DNA of 64,000 nucleotides from contig MTLY02000002.1 in assembly GCA_002011035.2 (NCBI GenBank), positions 64,001-128,000 on the forward strand, in the 5' to 3' direction. The notes beneath the pieces are model-generated. The model was given only the letters and a program-made list of their open reading frames with translations. It was not told the origin of the DNA and made no database searches. Position 1 is the stretch's first letter, and each line of letters opens with the position of its first letter. Below are positions 55,591 through 64,000 of this stretch, piece after piece. Source of the stretch: Candidatus Hecatella orcuttiae (GTDB taxonomy: Archaea > Thermoproteota > Bathyarchaeia > Hecatellales > Hecatellaceae). A program made the position numbers and the translations under genes.

Positions 55591-57657
55591 ATGACGGCCA
55601 GAAAGCCGGTGAAAATGCTTTCGAAAGAAGCGCTCCGTTTCAGCCTTATGGATGAAGCTTCAAAAATCGCTTTCTCCGGATTCTTTCAAGCGGGTCTGCT
55701 GGCCCTCATCGCCGGCTTGGCCTTCACCGTGCGCATACTGCCCTTGCAGTGGGGAGCTTACCTCTCAGAGTTTGACCCTTATTGGCATTTTTACGTCAGC
55801 CAGCATATCGTGGAAGAGGGGCTAGGGTGGATTTTCAAGCCTGAAGGCTGGCGTGACTTCCAGACGTGGTATCCTTTTGGGAGAGACGTACCCTCCACAA
55901 CCCCCATGGGGTTGCCCCTAACAGCAGCTGCCTTCTTTTTCCTCTTGAAAGGCTTCGGCCTATCGCTACTGGATGTGGCTATTTTTCTTCCCCCAACTAT
56001 GGCTGCCGTCACCTGCGTGGCGATTTTCTTCCTAGGGAAGGAGGTGGGAGGCCGGGAGACAGGCTTACTTGCCAGCCTTTTCTTGGCTTTCAACAACGCT
56101 TACGCCAGCAGAACGGTCTTAGGGTTTTTCAAACATGAATCCGTAGGTATTCTCGCGATCGTCTCTATATCCCTTTTCTTTCTCAAAGCCTTGGACAGCT
56201 CCAAACCCCTCAGTCGGAGTGTTTTCTTCGCCGTGCTGGCGGGACTGGCTTTAGGCTACCTCAACATCTCTTGGGGGGCCTTCTACTACATGATGACGAT
56301 CCTTCCTCTCTTCCTTTTCGCAGCCATAATCTTTCGGGAATACAGTTCACGCCTGTTCATCGCCTACTACATCACTCTCAGCCTCGGCATCCTCATCGCC
56401 CTCCCTTTTCCCAGGCCTGGCTTGGGGGTCATAGCCTCGCTGGGAGGGTTAGCCGCTGTAGCCGGCTTTTTGGAGCTGGTGCTCTACGAAGGCCTGAGGC
56501 GGGTTAAGTCTCTCAAGAGCGGTTATTTGCCGACCATCCTCAGCTTGGTCGTGGTGGCTGTGGGAGCGTTGATTCTCAGCCAATTTATGGCAGGGCTTCC
56601 GGGAAAGGTTCTCACCGTCTTGGATCCCAGCCTCAGAGTCGCCACCCAGTCAGGGGTCATCATGGAGTCGGTGGCGGAGCATAGGCTTAACACGTGGGCT
56701 TCCTTTTACATGCAGTTTGGAAATCTGCTTATTCTCGCTCCCTTGGGCTTTTACTTCGCTTACAGAAGAAAAAGTCCATCAGACCTTTACTTGATCCTAT
56801 TCGGAGTCACAACTCTCTATGCTGCTGCTTCCCTCATTAGGCTGAACCTCATCCTAGCTCCGGCCTTCAGCCTCCTTTCAGCCTTCGGGGTTGTAAATCT
56901 GGCCAAGCCTGCTATTGCCGCCATAAAGAAAGTAGAGCTTAAACCGGTTAAGAAGGTGATATCAGCCGTCAATCCAAAGCTGGGATTGGCTCTGCTTCTG
57001 ATTCTGCTAGCGACGATGGCTCCTACCTTCTACAGGACCGTTGAAACCTCCGAAGCCCCAGCCACCATAGCTTCCAGCAGCGTTCCAATAAAAGAGTTTC
57101 GGGGAGACTGGTTGGAGGCCTTGGAGTGGATACGCGGCAACGTCCCTGAAAACACTCCCATCATCTCCTGGTGGGACTACGGCTACTGGATAGCCTTGGT
57201 GGGCAAACACCCCAGCGTGGCGGACAACGCCACCATAAACGTAACTCAGATAGCACACATAGGGCAGATTCTCCTCTCGGAGGAAGCTGTTGCCCTCGAC
57301 CTGTCAAGAGAGTACTTTGACACCGACTACATACTGATCTTCGTAACAACAGCCCCGATTGGAGCTCTTCAAATCAGCCATTTACCTTGGGGATATGGAG
57401 ATGAAGGCAAATGGGTCTGGATGGCCCGGATCGCTCAAGGAACCCACCCTGAGATAAGCGTGGAGAACGCTGATAGAAATGGGGACGGTCTACCGGATGA
57501 GCACACTCTCTTGGGCAAGGTGATCCTCTACTCCATCGGCCGCATTGCAGAGGAAGATTTTGAAAAATTCGAAGTAGCCTACGTTTCTCCGTCCCATTTC
57601 TGGATCGACCAGCCTAAAACAACCACGCAGGTGATAATTCTTAAAGGTAAGGCTTAA
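55591..57657 (+). CDS. aglB: Oligosaccharyltransferase AglB/STT3
   Basis: EFDPY, SVAEH, WWDYGYW, DN.T; multiple TMs. Confidence 0.93.
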   Translation: MTARKPVKMLSKEALRFSLMDEASKIAFSGFFQAGLLALIAGLAFTVRILPLQWGAYLSEFDPYWHFYVSQHIVEEGLGWIFKPEGWRDFQTWYPFGRDVPSTTPMGLPLTAAAFFFLLKGFGLSLLDVAIFLPPTMAAVTCVAIFFLGKEVGGRETGLLASLFLAFNNAYASRTVLGFFKHESVGILAIVSISLFFLKALDSSKPLSRSVFFAVLAGLALGYLNISWGAFYYMMTILPLFLFAAIIFREYSSRLFIAYYITLSLGILIALPFPRPGLGVIASLGGLAAVAGFLELVLYEGLRRVKSLKSGYLPTILSLVVVAVGALILSQFMAGLPGKVLTVLDPSLRVATQSGVIMESVAEHRLNTWASFYMQFGNLLILAPLGFYFAYRRKSPSDLYLILFGVTTLYAAASLIRLNLILAPAFSLLSAFGVVNLAKPAIAAIKKVELKPVKKVISAVNPKLGLALLLILLATMAPTFYRTVETSEAPATIASSSVPIKEFRGDWLEALEWIRGNVPENTPIISWWDYGYWIALVGKHPSVADNATINVTQIAHIGQILLSEEAVALDLSREYFDTDYILIFVTTAPIGALQISHLPWGYGDEGKWVWMARIAQGTHPEISVENADRNGDGLPDEHTLLGKVILYSIGRIAEEDFEKFEVAYVSPSHFWIDQPKTTTQVIILKGKA

Positions 57658-57845
57658 GCCGAGCTTTCCGCCGCCTGTTTTTGAGCTATTTTCTTCATAG
57701 CTCTTCGATATTTGCCGTACTTATCTTCCACTGAAAACTTAGGGGGAATGGGGGAATATATGGTTCCCCCGCACTTGGGGCATACAGTCTGACTTAAAGT
57801 GTAAACTCCGCAGTCACGGCATTTTCTAAGAAGGGACGGTGACAA
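57654..57845 (-). CDS. nop10: H/ACA RNP protein Nop10
   Basis: RKC..CG.YTL...CP.CG....P.PPKFS.EDKYGKYR. Confidence 0.92.
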   Translation of the reverse strand: MSPSLLRKCRDCGVYTLSQTVCPKCGGTIYSPIPPKFSVEDKYGKYRRAMKKIAQKQAAESSA

Positions 57846-57859
57846 GGGATAACCCCTTT

Positions 57860-58669
57860 TCAGCTTGTTCTTTTGAATGTTCCTTGACCACCCTGTCTTC
57901 GAATTTCGCTGAGGGCGCATTCTACGACTTCTTGAAGAGTCTTCTCCGCTTCCTTGTAGTTTCTAGCCACCACTTCCACGGCGTAGTTAGGCGCACCCAG
58001 AGTGTATATGTCGACATTGACCTTCGCCTTTTTTGCTTTCTTAGACCGGCATCCTAGAAGGACGTTTTTGATCACTTCTACCCCTCTAGCTTCGGGGCAG
58101 GCAAGCTGCAATACTCCTTTTATTTTCACCGTGGGTAATTTTATCCTCTGCCGAGCTACTTCCCTCAGAGCAGCAGCCCAATCTTTAGGTATCTTTAGCT
58201 TTTCAGCGAAGTCTTCTCCTTTCTCCAGTAGTTCCTCCAGACCGGCGTAGGCGTTTTCAAATTTCTCTTCCAGTTTGGCTGTTACTTCTCGAGAGAAGGA
58301 TTTTGGGTCCAGCTTTAGGTTTGCCGCGGCGATTTCCAAGATGGATTCGACTTTTTTCCCACGTTTCCATTCTAGAAGCTTGTCCTGTCTTTCTTTACCG
58401 CTGACTCTTCTCAGCGACAGGTCTATGTGCCTTTTTTCAGGGTCAACTCTTAAAACTTTCAGAACGACTTTTTCCTTTTCTCTGACGTAATCTCTGACGT
58501 TTCTAACCCATCCGGAGGAGACCTCTGAAATGTGAAGCAGCCCGTCCATGCCTTCGTACTCGTCCAGTTTCACGTAGGCGCCATATTGGGTTATCCGGTC
58601 GACTGTGGCTATGACCAGTTCTCCTACTTCAGGTAGCTCCTTTTGGCTTATCGAAACACCACCTTCCAA
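57860..58669 (-). CDS. Translation initiation factor aIF-2 alpha
   Basis: LPEVGELV.ATV, YGAYV.LDEY, LHISEVS.GW, IDLSLRRV, GAP.Y; exact start uncertain. Confidence 0.94.
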   Translation of the reverse strand: MEGGVSISQKELPEVGELVIATVDRITQYGAYVKLDEYEGMDGLLHISEVSSGWVRNVRDYVREKEKVVLKVLRVDPEKRHIDLSLRRVSGKERQDKLLEWKRGKKVESILEIAAANLKLDPKSFSREVTAKLEEKFENAYAGLEELLEKGEDFAEKLKIPKDWAAALREVARQRIKLPTVKIKGVLQLACPEARGVEVIKNVLLGCRSKKAKKAKVNVDIYTLGAPNYAVEVVARNYKEAEKTLQEVVECALSEIRRQGGQGTFKRTS

Positions 58670-58740
58670 CCGGCTCAAACTCCCATAATTGTTGTCTCTT
58701 CCAGAAAATACCATGCGCCCGAAACAGGCATTTCCGCTGT

Positions 58741-58953
58741 TCATCCCAATCTTTCCACGATTTCTCCCTTGAGGACTAGTTTCCCTCCCTTCGGCTCCCC
58801 CAAGACCGCTCCGCATACGTTGCAGTTCACCGTGATGGAGGCCTTGTTGAAAGTTATCTGCTCGTTGCCGCAGTCAGGGCATTTCACTTTCACAAAGAGA
58901 CTTTCAGGCTTAGGTATCAACTCGCCTCTTTTAACCACGAGCATTCCCCTCAT
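58741..58953 (-). CDS. rps27e: 30S ribosomal protein eS27
   Basis: F.KVKCPDCGNEQ..F...C..CG..L..P.GGK. Confidence 0.95.
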   Translation of the reverse strand: MRGMLVVKRGELIPKPESLFVKVKCPDCGNEQITFNKASITVNCNVCGAVLGEPKGGKLVLKGEIVERLG

Positions 58954-59225
58954 GTTACTTCAACTTTCCTCAGCCTTATGCCGCGTTTTTGAAGCGTATA
59001 GCCGCACTGCTTGCAGGTCAGTTTCACCACTGCCTTCTTGGTCGTTTTACTCGTTCTTTTGAGTTCGGGAAATTTCTGTCCACCGTAGCCGTGCTTATCT
59101 CTTTCATGATGTCTCGCCCCGGCGGAGAGGGCTCTTTCTTTCCCTTTCTTGTAAAGGGAGAGGGAATGAGCAGTGTGTTTTCTACATCGGGGGCAGTAAA
59201 CGTTCACGCTCTTCGGAAACCTCAT
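58950..59225 (-). CDS. rpl44e: 50S ribosomal protein eL42 (L44e)
   Basis: YCP.C.KHT.H, GYGGQ, K.TKK, C..CG. Confidence 0.95.
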   Translation of the reverse strand: MRFPKSVNVYCPRCRKHTAHSLSLYKKGKERALSAGARHHERDKHGYGGQKFPELKRTSKTTKKAVVKLTCKQCGYTLQKRGIRLRKVEVT

Positions 59226-59770
59226 GATAGTTCCACCCTTTTAGCTACTCCGTATTTAATTAATCCTTCTGCTATTTCCGGAGGAAGGCAGGCTACATCT
59301 TCAACCTCAAAGGGCCCGTAGGCCCTCAGGTCAGCCCCTACCAAAGCTGGGGACTCCTTAAGAAAACGGATAAAAACCCCTCCCCGTCCTTCTTCTGCCC
59401 TAGGAGAAATCTCTCCCTTTTCAAGAGTTGCTTTTAACCTAGAAAAAATCTTGGCAGCGTCCTGCAATTCCTCGTAAACGGCTTTTTCTTCTTCACCCAA
59501 AGGCGGCTTCAAGGTTTTTTTATCTGAAAGCAGAATCGATTCAGCCATTTTTTTTAGTCGGAGGTGAATTAGGTCTGAGGCTAGGAGGGTTGCTTTATTT
59601 TTTTCTTTTATTTTTAAGCGCGCTTTGAGAGACCCTTTGTCTAGGTCTTTGACTTCATCATCAAGCTTTTTCAAATAAGAGCTAAGTTTTGCGTAGAAAT
59701 CCGAATTCAACGGGCTGAGTTCTTCGGTTTCGCTTTCCTTACGCCATGCCTCGTAGAGGTCTTTAAACAT
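59222..59770 (-). CDS. DNA replication GINS-family protein (Gins51-like)
   Basis: E....EL..L..DFY, R.KK, EE...Y, VG.D...YGPF..ED. Confidence 0.82.
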   Translation of the reverse strand: MFKDLYEAWRKESETEELSPLNSDFYAKLSSYLKKLDDEVKDLDKGSLKARLKIKEKNKATLLASDLIHLRLKKMAESILLSDKKTLKPPLGEEEKAVYEELQDAAKIFSRLKATLEKGEISPRAEEGRGGVFIRFLKESPALVGADLRAYGPFEVEDVACLPPEIAEGLIKYGVAKRVELS

Positions 59771-59916
59771 TCAAACCGCCCGGGGGGATTGACATCCATA
59801 ATGCGCTTATTTTGAAACGCTAACCCCAAAATAAGGATTCTGTTCCGCGGACCTAGGTTTCACGCGCCATTTCTCTGTTGGGGTTAGAAAAGCTTAATTA
59901 TTTCAGATGAGACCTA

Positions 59917-60120
59917 TTGGCGGTTGAATTGAAGAAACCCAAAGTCGACCGGTCTAAGTGCGAAGGACACGCGGTATGTGTGGGGATAGCCCCTGAGGTT
60001 TTTGAACTGGACAGTGAAGGTAAGGCTTACGTAAAGAATCCTGAGGGCGCTGATGAGCAGAGCATCGAGGATGCCATAAACGGCTGCCCTGTGCAGGCCA
60101 TTTCTTGGGTAGAAGAGTAA
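59917..60120 (+). CDS. Single-cluster ferredoxin
   Basis: VDRSKCEGHAVC..IAPEVF...CPVQAI. Confidence 0.9.
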   Translation: MAVELKKPKVDRSKCEGHAVCVGIAPEVFELDSEGKAYVKNPEGADEQSIEDAINGCPVQAISWVEE

Positions 60121-60126
60121 CACCTT

Positions 60127-61368
60127 CTAAACCTTCGGAAACCCGTGTTTCCCGCCTTCATAGAAGGCGATGTCTGCCACCCTTCTTCCCATAACCCTAG
60201 CCTTTTCTAGGTCCTCCGAGAGAGGGCTGCCCCTCACCTCCAAGGGGTTTCCCACCAATCTAAAGCCTAAGGCATTAAGCCGTTCCACCAGTTTTTTAAC
60301 TCCTCCCCGAGACCAACCGAAACTTCCGAAGGCCCCTGCAACCCTTCCTGTCAGCTTCTTACTTTCCAGAAGGCGGAGAAAATGGGCGACGGGAGGGAAA
60401 AGGCCGTGTTCATAGGTGGGGGTGCCAACGATGAGAGCTGGAGCGTCTAATAGGGCTCCCAGCGTCTTTGCAGGAGCATCCTCAACCAGATTGCAGACTA
60501 CTGCTTCGCCGCCTGCTTCTTCGACGCCTTCTACCAGAGCTTCCACGAGTTTGAAAGTTGTCCCGTACATGGAGCCAACGGCTATGACCACTTTTCTGGC
60601 ATAGTCCGGTCTGCTCCAAGATGACCAGAGGCTTATAACCTCCTCTCTGTGAGCGGTGTAGACTGGGCCGTGGCTTGGCGCCAACACCTCGAACTCAAGC
60701 CCTAAAGCTTTGAACTTCTCCACAGCCTTCAGCACGTACTCCCTGTACCTGCTGATGACTCCTGCGAAATACTCCCTAGAGGCTTCCTGAATATACCGTT
60801 CAACATCTTGAATATCAGCATCTAAAATGGCTTTTTCAGGAAGACGCTTGAAGGATCCGAAAAGGTCGCAGCTGAAAAGGATTTTTTCCTCGGCGAGATA
60901 CGTGCTCATGGTCTCCGGCCAGTGGAGGAACGGTGTTGGAACGAACCTGAGAGATTTTCCTCCCAGATCGATTTGGGTGCTGTCTCCTCGGACGATGAGA
61001 GTTTGGGGCTCGAGATGGTAGAAGGCCTTGAGCATCGAAAAGGCCATGGGCGTGAGTACTACTTTGGCTTTCGGTGCCTTCTGCAAAAGTTTGGGCACAG
61101 CTTCCGTGTGGTCTTGCTCCATGTGGTTGAGGATGAGGTACTCTATCTCCGCTGGGTCGATAACTTGCTCTATTTTAGCCAGATGCTCTTCCTCGAACCT
61201 TGACCCCACCGAGTCGATTAACGCTATGTTCTTCGAACCTACCACTAAGTAAGAGTTGTAGGAGACACCTTCCGAAACGTCCCAGAGGCCTTCGAAAAGC
61301 CTCGTCACAGTGTCATTGACTCCTACCCAGTAGACGCTGGGGGCTATTTTCAACGTTTCAGTAACCAA
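60127..61368 (-). CDS. fprA: Flavodiiron protein (FprA family)
   Basis: YNSYL, NHMEQDH, HWPE, SCD.FG, PSHG, SMYG.T flavodoxin domain. Confidence 0.92.
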   Translation of the reverse strand: MVTETLKIAPSVYWVGVNDTVTRLFEGLWDVSEGVSYNSYLVVGSKNIALIDSVGSRFEEEHLAKIEQVIDPAEIEYLILNHMEQDHTEAVPKLLQKAPKAKVVLTPMAFSMLKAFYHLEPQTLIVRGDSTQIDLGGKSLRFVPTPFLHWPETMSTYLAEEKILFSCDLFGSFKRLPEKAILDADIQDVERYIQEASREYFAGVISRYREYVLKAVEKFKALGLEFEVLAPSHGPVYTAHREEVISLWSSWSRPDYARKVVIAVGSMYGTTFKLVEALVEGVEEAGGEAVVCNLVEDAPAKTLGALLDAPALIVGTPTYEHGLFPPVAHFLRLLESKKLTGRVAGAFGSFGWSRGGVKKLVERLNALGFRLVGNPLEVRGSPLSEDLEKARVMGRRVADIAFYEGGKHGFPKV

Positions 61369-61439
61369 TGCTACATCATCAAAAAGGCATCACTCCTTCC
61401 TAAAATTTAATTTTTAGCCCAATTCAAAACTATCCTTAT

Positions 61440-63185
61440 ATGGTTAAACAGGTGCAGGGAAACATGGTTGAGTTTAATTTCAGAGCCGGCGGAGCCGCCG
61501 GTCAGGGTGTTCAAACCGTCGGATATATTCTGGCGAAAACCTTGGCAAGGGGTGGCCTCTACGTGCACGCTTCTCAAGATTATGAGTCAAGGATCCGGGG
61601 AGGCCATAATTTCTTCCATATTCGCGTGTCTGAGAACCCAATCTACGGCACTTCCGAGAAAGTAGATTTGTTGATAGCCCTAGATAGTCGGACCGTCGAT
61701 CTACATTCAAAAGCTCTCACGGCGAAAGGAGTTGCGGTGTTCGACGGGGAAAAGACGGGAGTGGAGGCAAGGGAACCTTGCTTTTTCGACGTCCCTTTTG
61801 AGCATCTGGCCTCAGAGGCTGCTGGTAGAAGCATGTTCAGTAATACGGTGGCCATCGGCGCAGCCCTCAGTCTTGTCCGCTATGATTTCAGCATTTTGCG
61901 AGCTGTGTTGACGGAGGCTTTCCAAGCGAAGAGCAGGAAGATCGCGGAGGACAACGTTAGGGCTGCGGAGGCGGGCTACAAGTACGCAGAGGAAAATTTC
62001 AAAGGGAGCTTGGAGGTTGAATTGAAACCCACCCAACGTCCTCGAAGGATGCTGATCAACGGGGCTGAATCTGTGGCGTTGGGAGCGTTGGCTGCGGGAT
62101 GTAAATTCATGAGCGGCTACCCTATGACGCCTTCCACTGGGATACTCCAATACATGCAAAGTAAATCAGCTGTTCTCAAGCTTGTAGTGGAGCAGGCGGA
62201 AGATGAGATTGCCGCCCTCAACATGGCAGTGGGCGCTTCCTTCGCAGGAGTTAGAGCCATGACCGCTACCTCCGGGGGAGGCTTCTCCCTGATGGTGGAA
62301 GCCTTCGGTTTAGCCGGCATGACTGAAACCCCGGTGGTGGTGGTGCTGGGCCAACGGCCGGGTCCGGCTACAGGTTTTCCTACTAGGACGGAGCAGGGTG
62401 AGTTAGAGTTCGTCATCCACGCTGCGCAGGGGGAGTTCGCCCGAGCTGTTCTAGCTCCACGCGACGCTGAAGACGCCTTCTACCTCATGAGCAAGGCTTT
62501 CAACATAGCTGAGAGGTACCAGATTCCCGTGGTGGTGCTGACCGACCAGTATCTGGCGGACTCCTATTGGACGGTGGAACGCTTCGACCTTTCTAAGATA
62601 ACCATCGACAGAGGAGAGCTACTCTCAGAGGAGGAGGCTTCCAAGATTAAAGACTACGCTCGCCATAAGTTGACGGAGTCAGGGATCTCCCCCCGCGCTC
62701 TCCCCGGGTACCCAAGGGTGCTGGTGGTGACGGACAGCGACGAGCATACGGAAGACGGCCACATCACCGAGTCCGCCGAAGTCCGTGTTAAAATGGTTGA
62801 AAAGAGAGTTTGGAAGACGAGAGGACTAGAAAAGGAGATGACCCCTCTCACCTACGGTTCTGAGAAGGCGGGAACAGTTCTGCTGGGTTGGGGTTCCTCT
62901 TACGGTGCGATAAGGGAAGCTGTAGACCGTCTGAACGGTGAAGGGTTTGAGGTTAGGATGCTTCATTTCAACGGCCTCTGGCCTTTCCCAGCGGCTGCCA
63001 CCATGGAGGCGTTGAAGGGTGCGGAGAGGAGGATCATGGTTGAAAGCAATGCCACAAGCCAGTTGTCAAGAGTCATCAGAGCTGAAACAGGAATTCAGAT
63101 GACGGGTAAAATTCTCAGATATGACGGCCGGCCTCTCACAGCCAGCTTCATCGTGGAAGCTTTCAAAAGGGAGGTGGCATCCTAG
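61440..63185 (+). CDS. 2-oxoacid:ferredoxin oxidoreductase alpha subunit (gamma-alpha fused)
   Basis: GGAAGQG, YESRIRGGH, YPMTPS, EDEIAA, ATSG.GFSLM, QRPGPATG.PT. Confidence 0.94.
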   Translation: MVKQVQGNMVEFNFRAGGAAGQGVQTVGYILAKTLARGGLYVHASQDYESRIRGGHNFFHIRVSENPIYGTSEKVDLLIALDSRTVDLHSKALTAKGVAVFDGEKTGVEAREPCFFDVPFEHLASEAAGRSMFSNTVAIGAALSLVRYDFSILRAVLTEAFQAKSRKIAEDNVRAAEAGYKYAEENFKGSLEVELKPTQRPRRMLINGAESVALGALAAGCKFMSGYPMTPSTGILQYMQSKSAVLKLVVEQAEDEIAALNMAVGASFAGVRAMTATSGGGFSLMVEAFGLAGMTETPVVVVLGQRPGPATGFPTRTEQGELEFVIHAAQGEFARAVLAPRDAEDAFYLMSKAFNIAERYQIPVVVLTDQYLADSYWTVERFDLSKITIDRGELLSEEEASKIKDYARHKLTESGISPRALPGYPRVLVVTDSDEHTEDGHITESAEVRVKMVEKRVWKTRGLEKEMTPLTYGSEKAGTVLLGWGSSYGAIREAVDRLNGEGFEVRMLHFNGLWPFPAAATMEALKGAERRIMVESNATSQLSRVIRAETGIQMTGKILRYDGRPLTASFIVEAFKREVAS

Positions 63186-63186
63186 G

Positions 63187-64000
63187 ATGGTAAAGCTTGA
63201 AGACTACCGTGGAGGAGAGACCGCTTGGTGTCCGGGATGCGGCAACTTCGGAATACTCACCGCGTTAAAGAAGGCGCTTGTTGACCTTGGCATCGCTCCC
63301 TATGAAGTTCTGATAGTTTCAGGCATCGGACAGGCTGGGAAGCTGCCACATTACATGAAGTGTAATACCTTCAACGGTTTACACGGTAGAACCTTGCCAG
63401 TGGCCACCGCCGCCAAGCTGGCGAATCATAGGCTGCATGTCTTCGCTGTGGGGGGAGACGGAGACGGGTATGGAGAAGGCGGAAACCATCTCATCCACAC
63501 CATAAGGAGAAACGTGGGTGTGAAATATCTTGTGCACAACAACCAAATCTACGGGTTGACTAAAGGTCAGGCTTCGCCCACCAGCGACCTGGGATTCGTG
63601 ACGAAAACCACCCCCCGAGGGGTTGTCGCCCCTCCCCTGAATCCTATAGCACTGGCTTTGGCGTTGGGGGCAAGTTTTGTCGCCAGAAGCTTCTCAGGTG
63701 ACATCCCTCACCTTGTCCACGTGCTCAAAGAGGCAATCCGGCATCGAGGCTTCGCCTTAGTTGACATTCTCCAACCCTGTGTCACCTTCAACTACCTGAA
63801 CACCTTCGCTTGGTATAGGAAGAGAATCTACAAACTTGAGGAGGAGAAAACCTACGATTCCGCCGACAGGTTTAGCGCCTTCAAGAAAGCTCAAGAGTGG
63901 GGGGACAGGATCCCCGTAGGCGTATTTTACAAGGAAGGAAGACCGACTTTCGAAGAGCAATTCCCAGCCCTCAAGGACGGGCCGCTGGTAAAGCAGAAAA
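63187..64000 (+). CDS. 2-oxoacid:ferredoxin oxidoreductase beta subunit (partial, runs off the window)
   Basis: WCPGCGNFG, VSGIGQ, LHGR, GGDGDGY.EG, NNQIYGLTKGQASPT, QPCVTF. Confidence 0.94.
   Translation, partial: MVKLEDYRGGETAWCPGCGNFGILTALKKALVDLGIAPYEVLIVSGIGQAGKLPHYMKCNTFNGLHGRTLPVATAAKLANHRLHVFAVGGDGDGYGEGGNHLIHTIRRNVGVKYLVHNNQIYGLTKGQASPTSDLGFVTKTTPRGVVAPPLNPIALALALGASFVARSFSGDIPHLVHVLKEAIRHRGFALVDILQPCVTFNYLNTFAWYRKRIYKLEEEKTYDSADRFSAFKKAQEWGDRIPVGVFYKEGRPTFEEQFPALKDGPLVKQK

Noticed and set aside
1-64000. CRISPR arrays, transposases/integrases, mcr genes, Sec/Pyl recoding
   Set aside because: No spaced direct repeats or mobile-element motifs seen by eye; no mcr-like ORF; no gene needed in-frame TGA/TAG readthrough to restore a known domain

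Overview
Gene-dense archaeal chromosome segment. The housekeeping genes (class I LysRS, ArcTGT, Trm5, AglB, Nop10-aIF2alpha-eS27-eL42-GINS, stand-alone 5S rRNA, an intron-containing tRNA) look TACK-type, possibly Bathyarchaeia-like; this taxonomy is an inference and was not tested. Three accessory metabolic blocks stand out. (1) A ~14.5 kb respiratory island (21.0-35.5 kb) encodes three multiheme c-type cytochromes: 10 CxxCH, 17 CxxCH, and 7 CxxCH plus atypical CxxCM and Cx5CH sites. It also carries a FdnI/CbcL-type cytochrome b, an unusually complete Ccm maturation set (A,B,C,D-like,E,F,H,I-like), a Cys-bearing HTH regulator and hemA. (2) A complete mtr operon (43.5-48.6 kb), in which the MtrA corrinoid domain appears fused to the MtrF stalk while the MtrA membrane anchor is a separate mini-gene. 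(3) A corrinoid protein plus MtaA-type methyltransferase pair. Other notable items: a TBP paralog with a Cys-rich C-terminal extension, SepCysS alongside CysRS, several genes that appear to need non-canonical start codons, a tRNA-Arg with a 15/16 D-loop intron, and an hsp20-dnaK-dnaJ operon with a candidate HSR1-type operator. No mcr, CRISPR array, transposase or integrase is visible. All calls come from reading motifs by eye; no database search was run.
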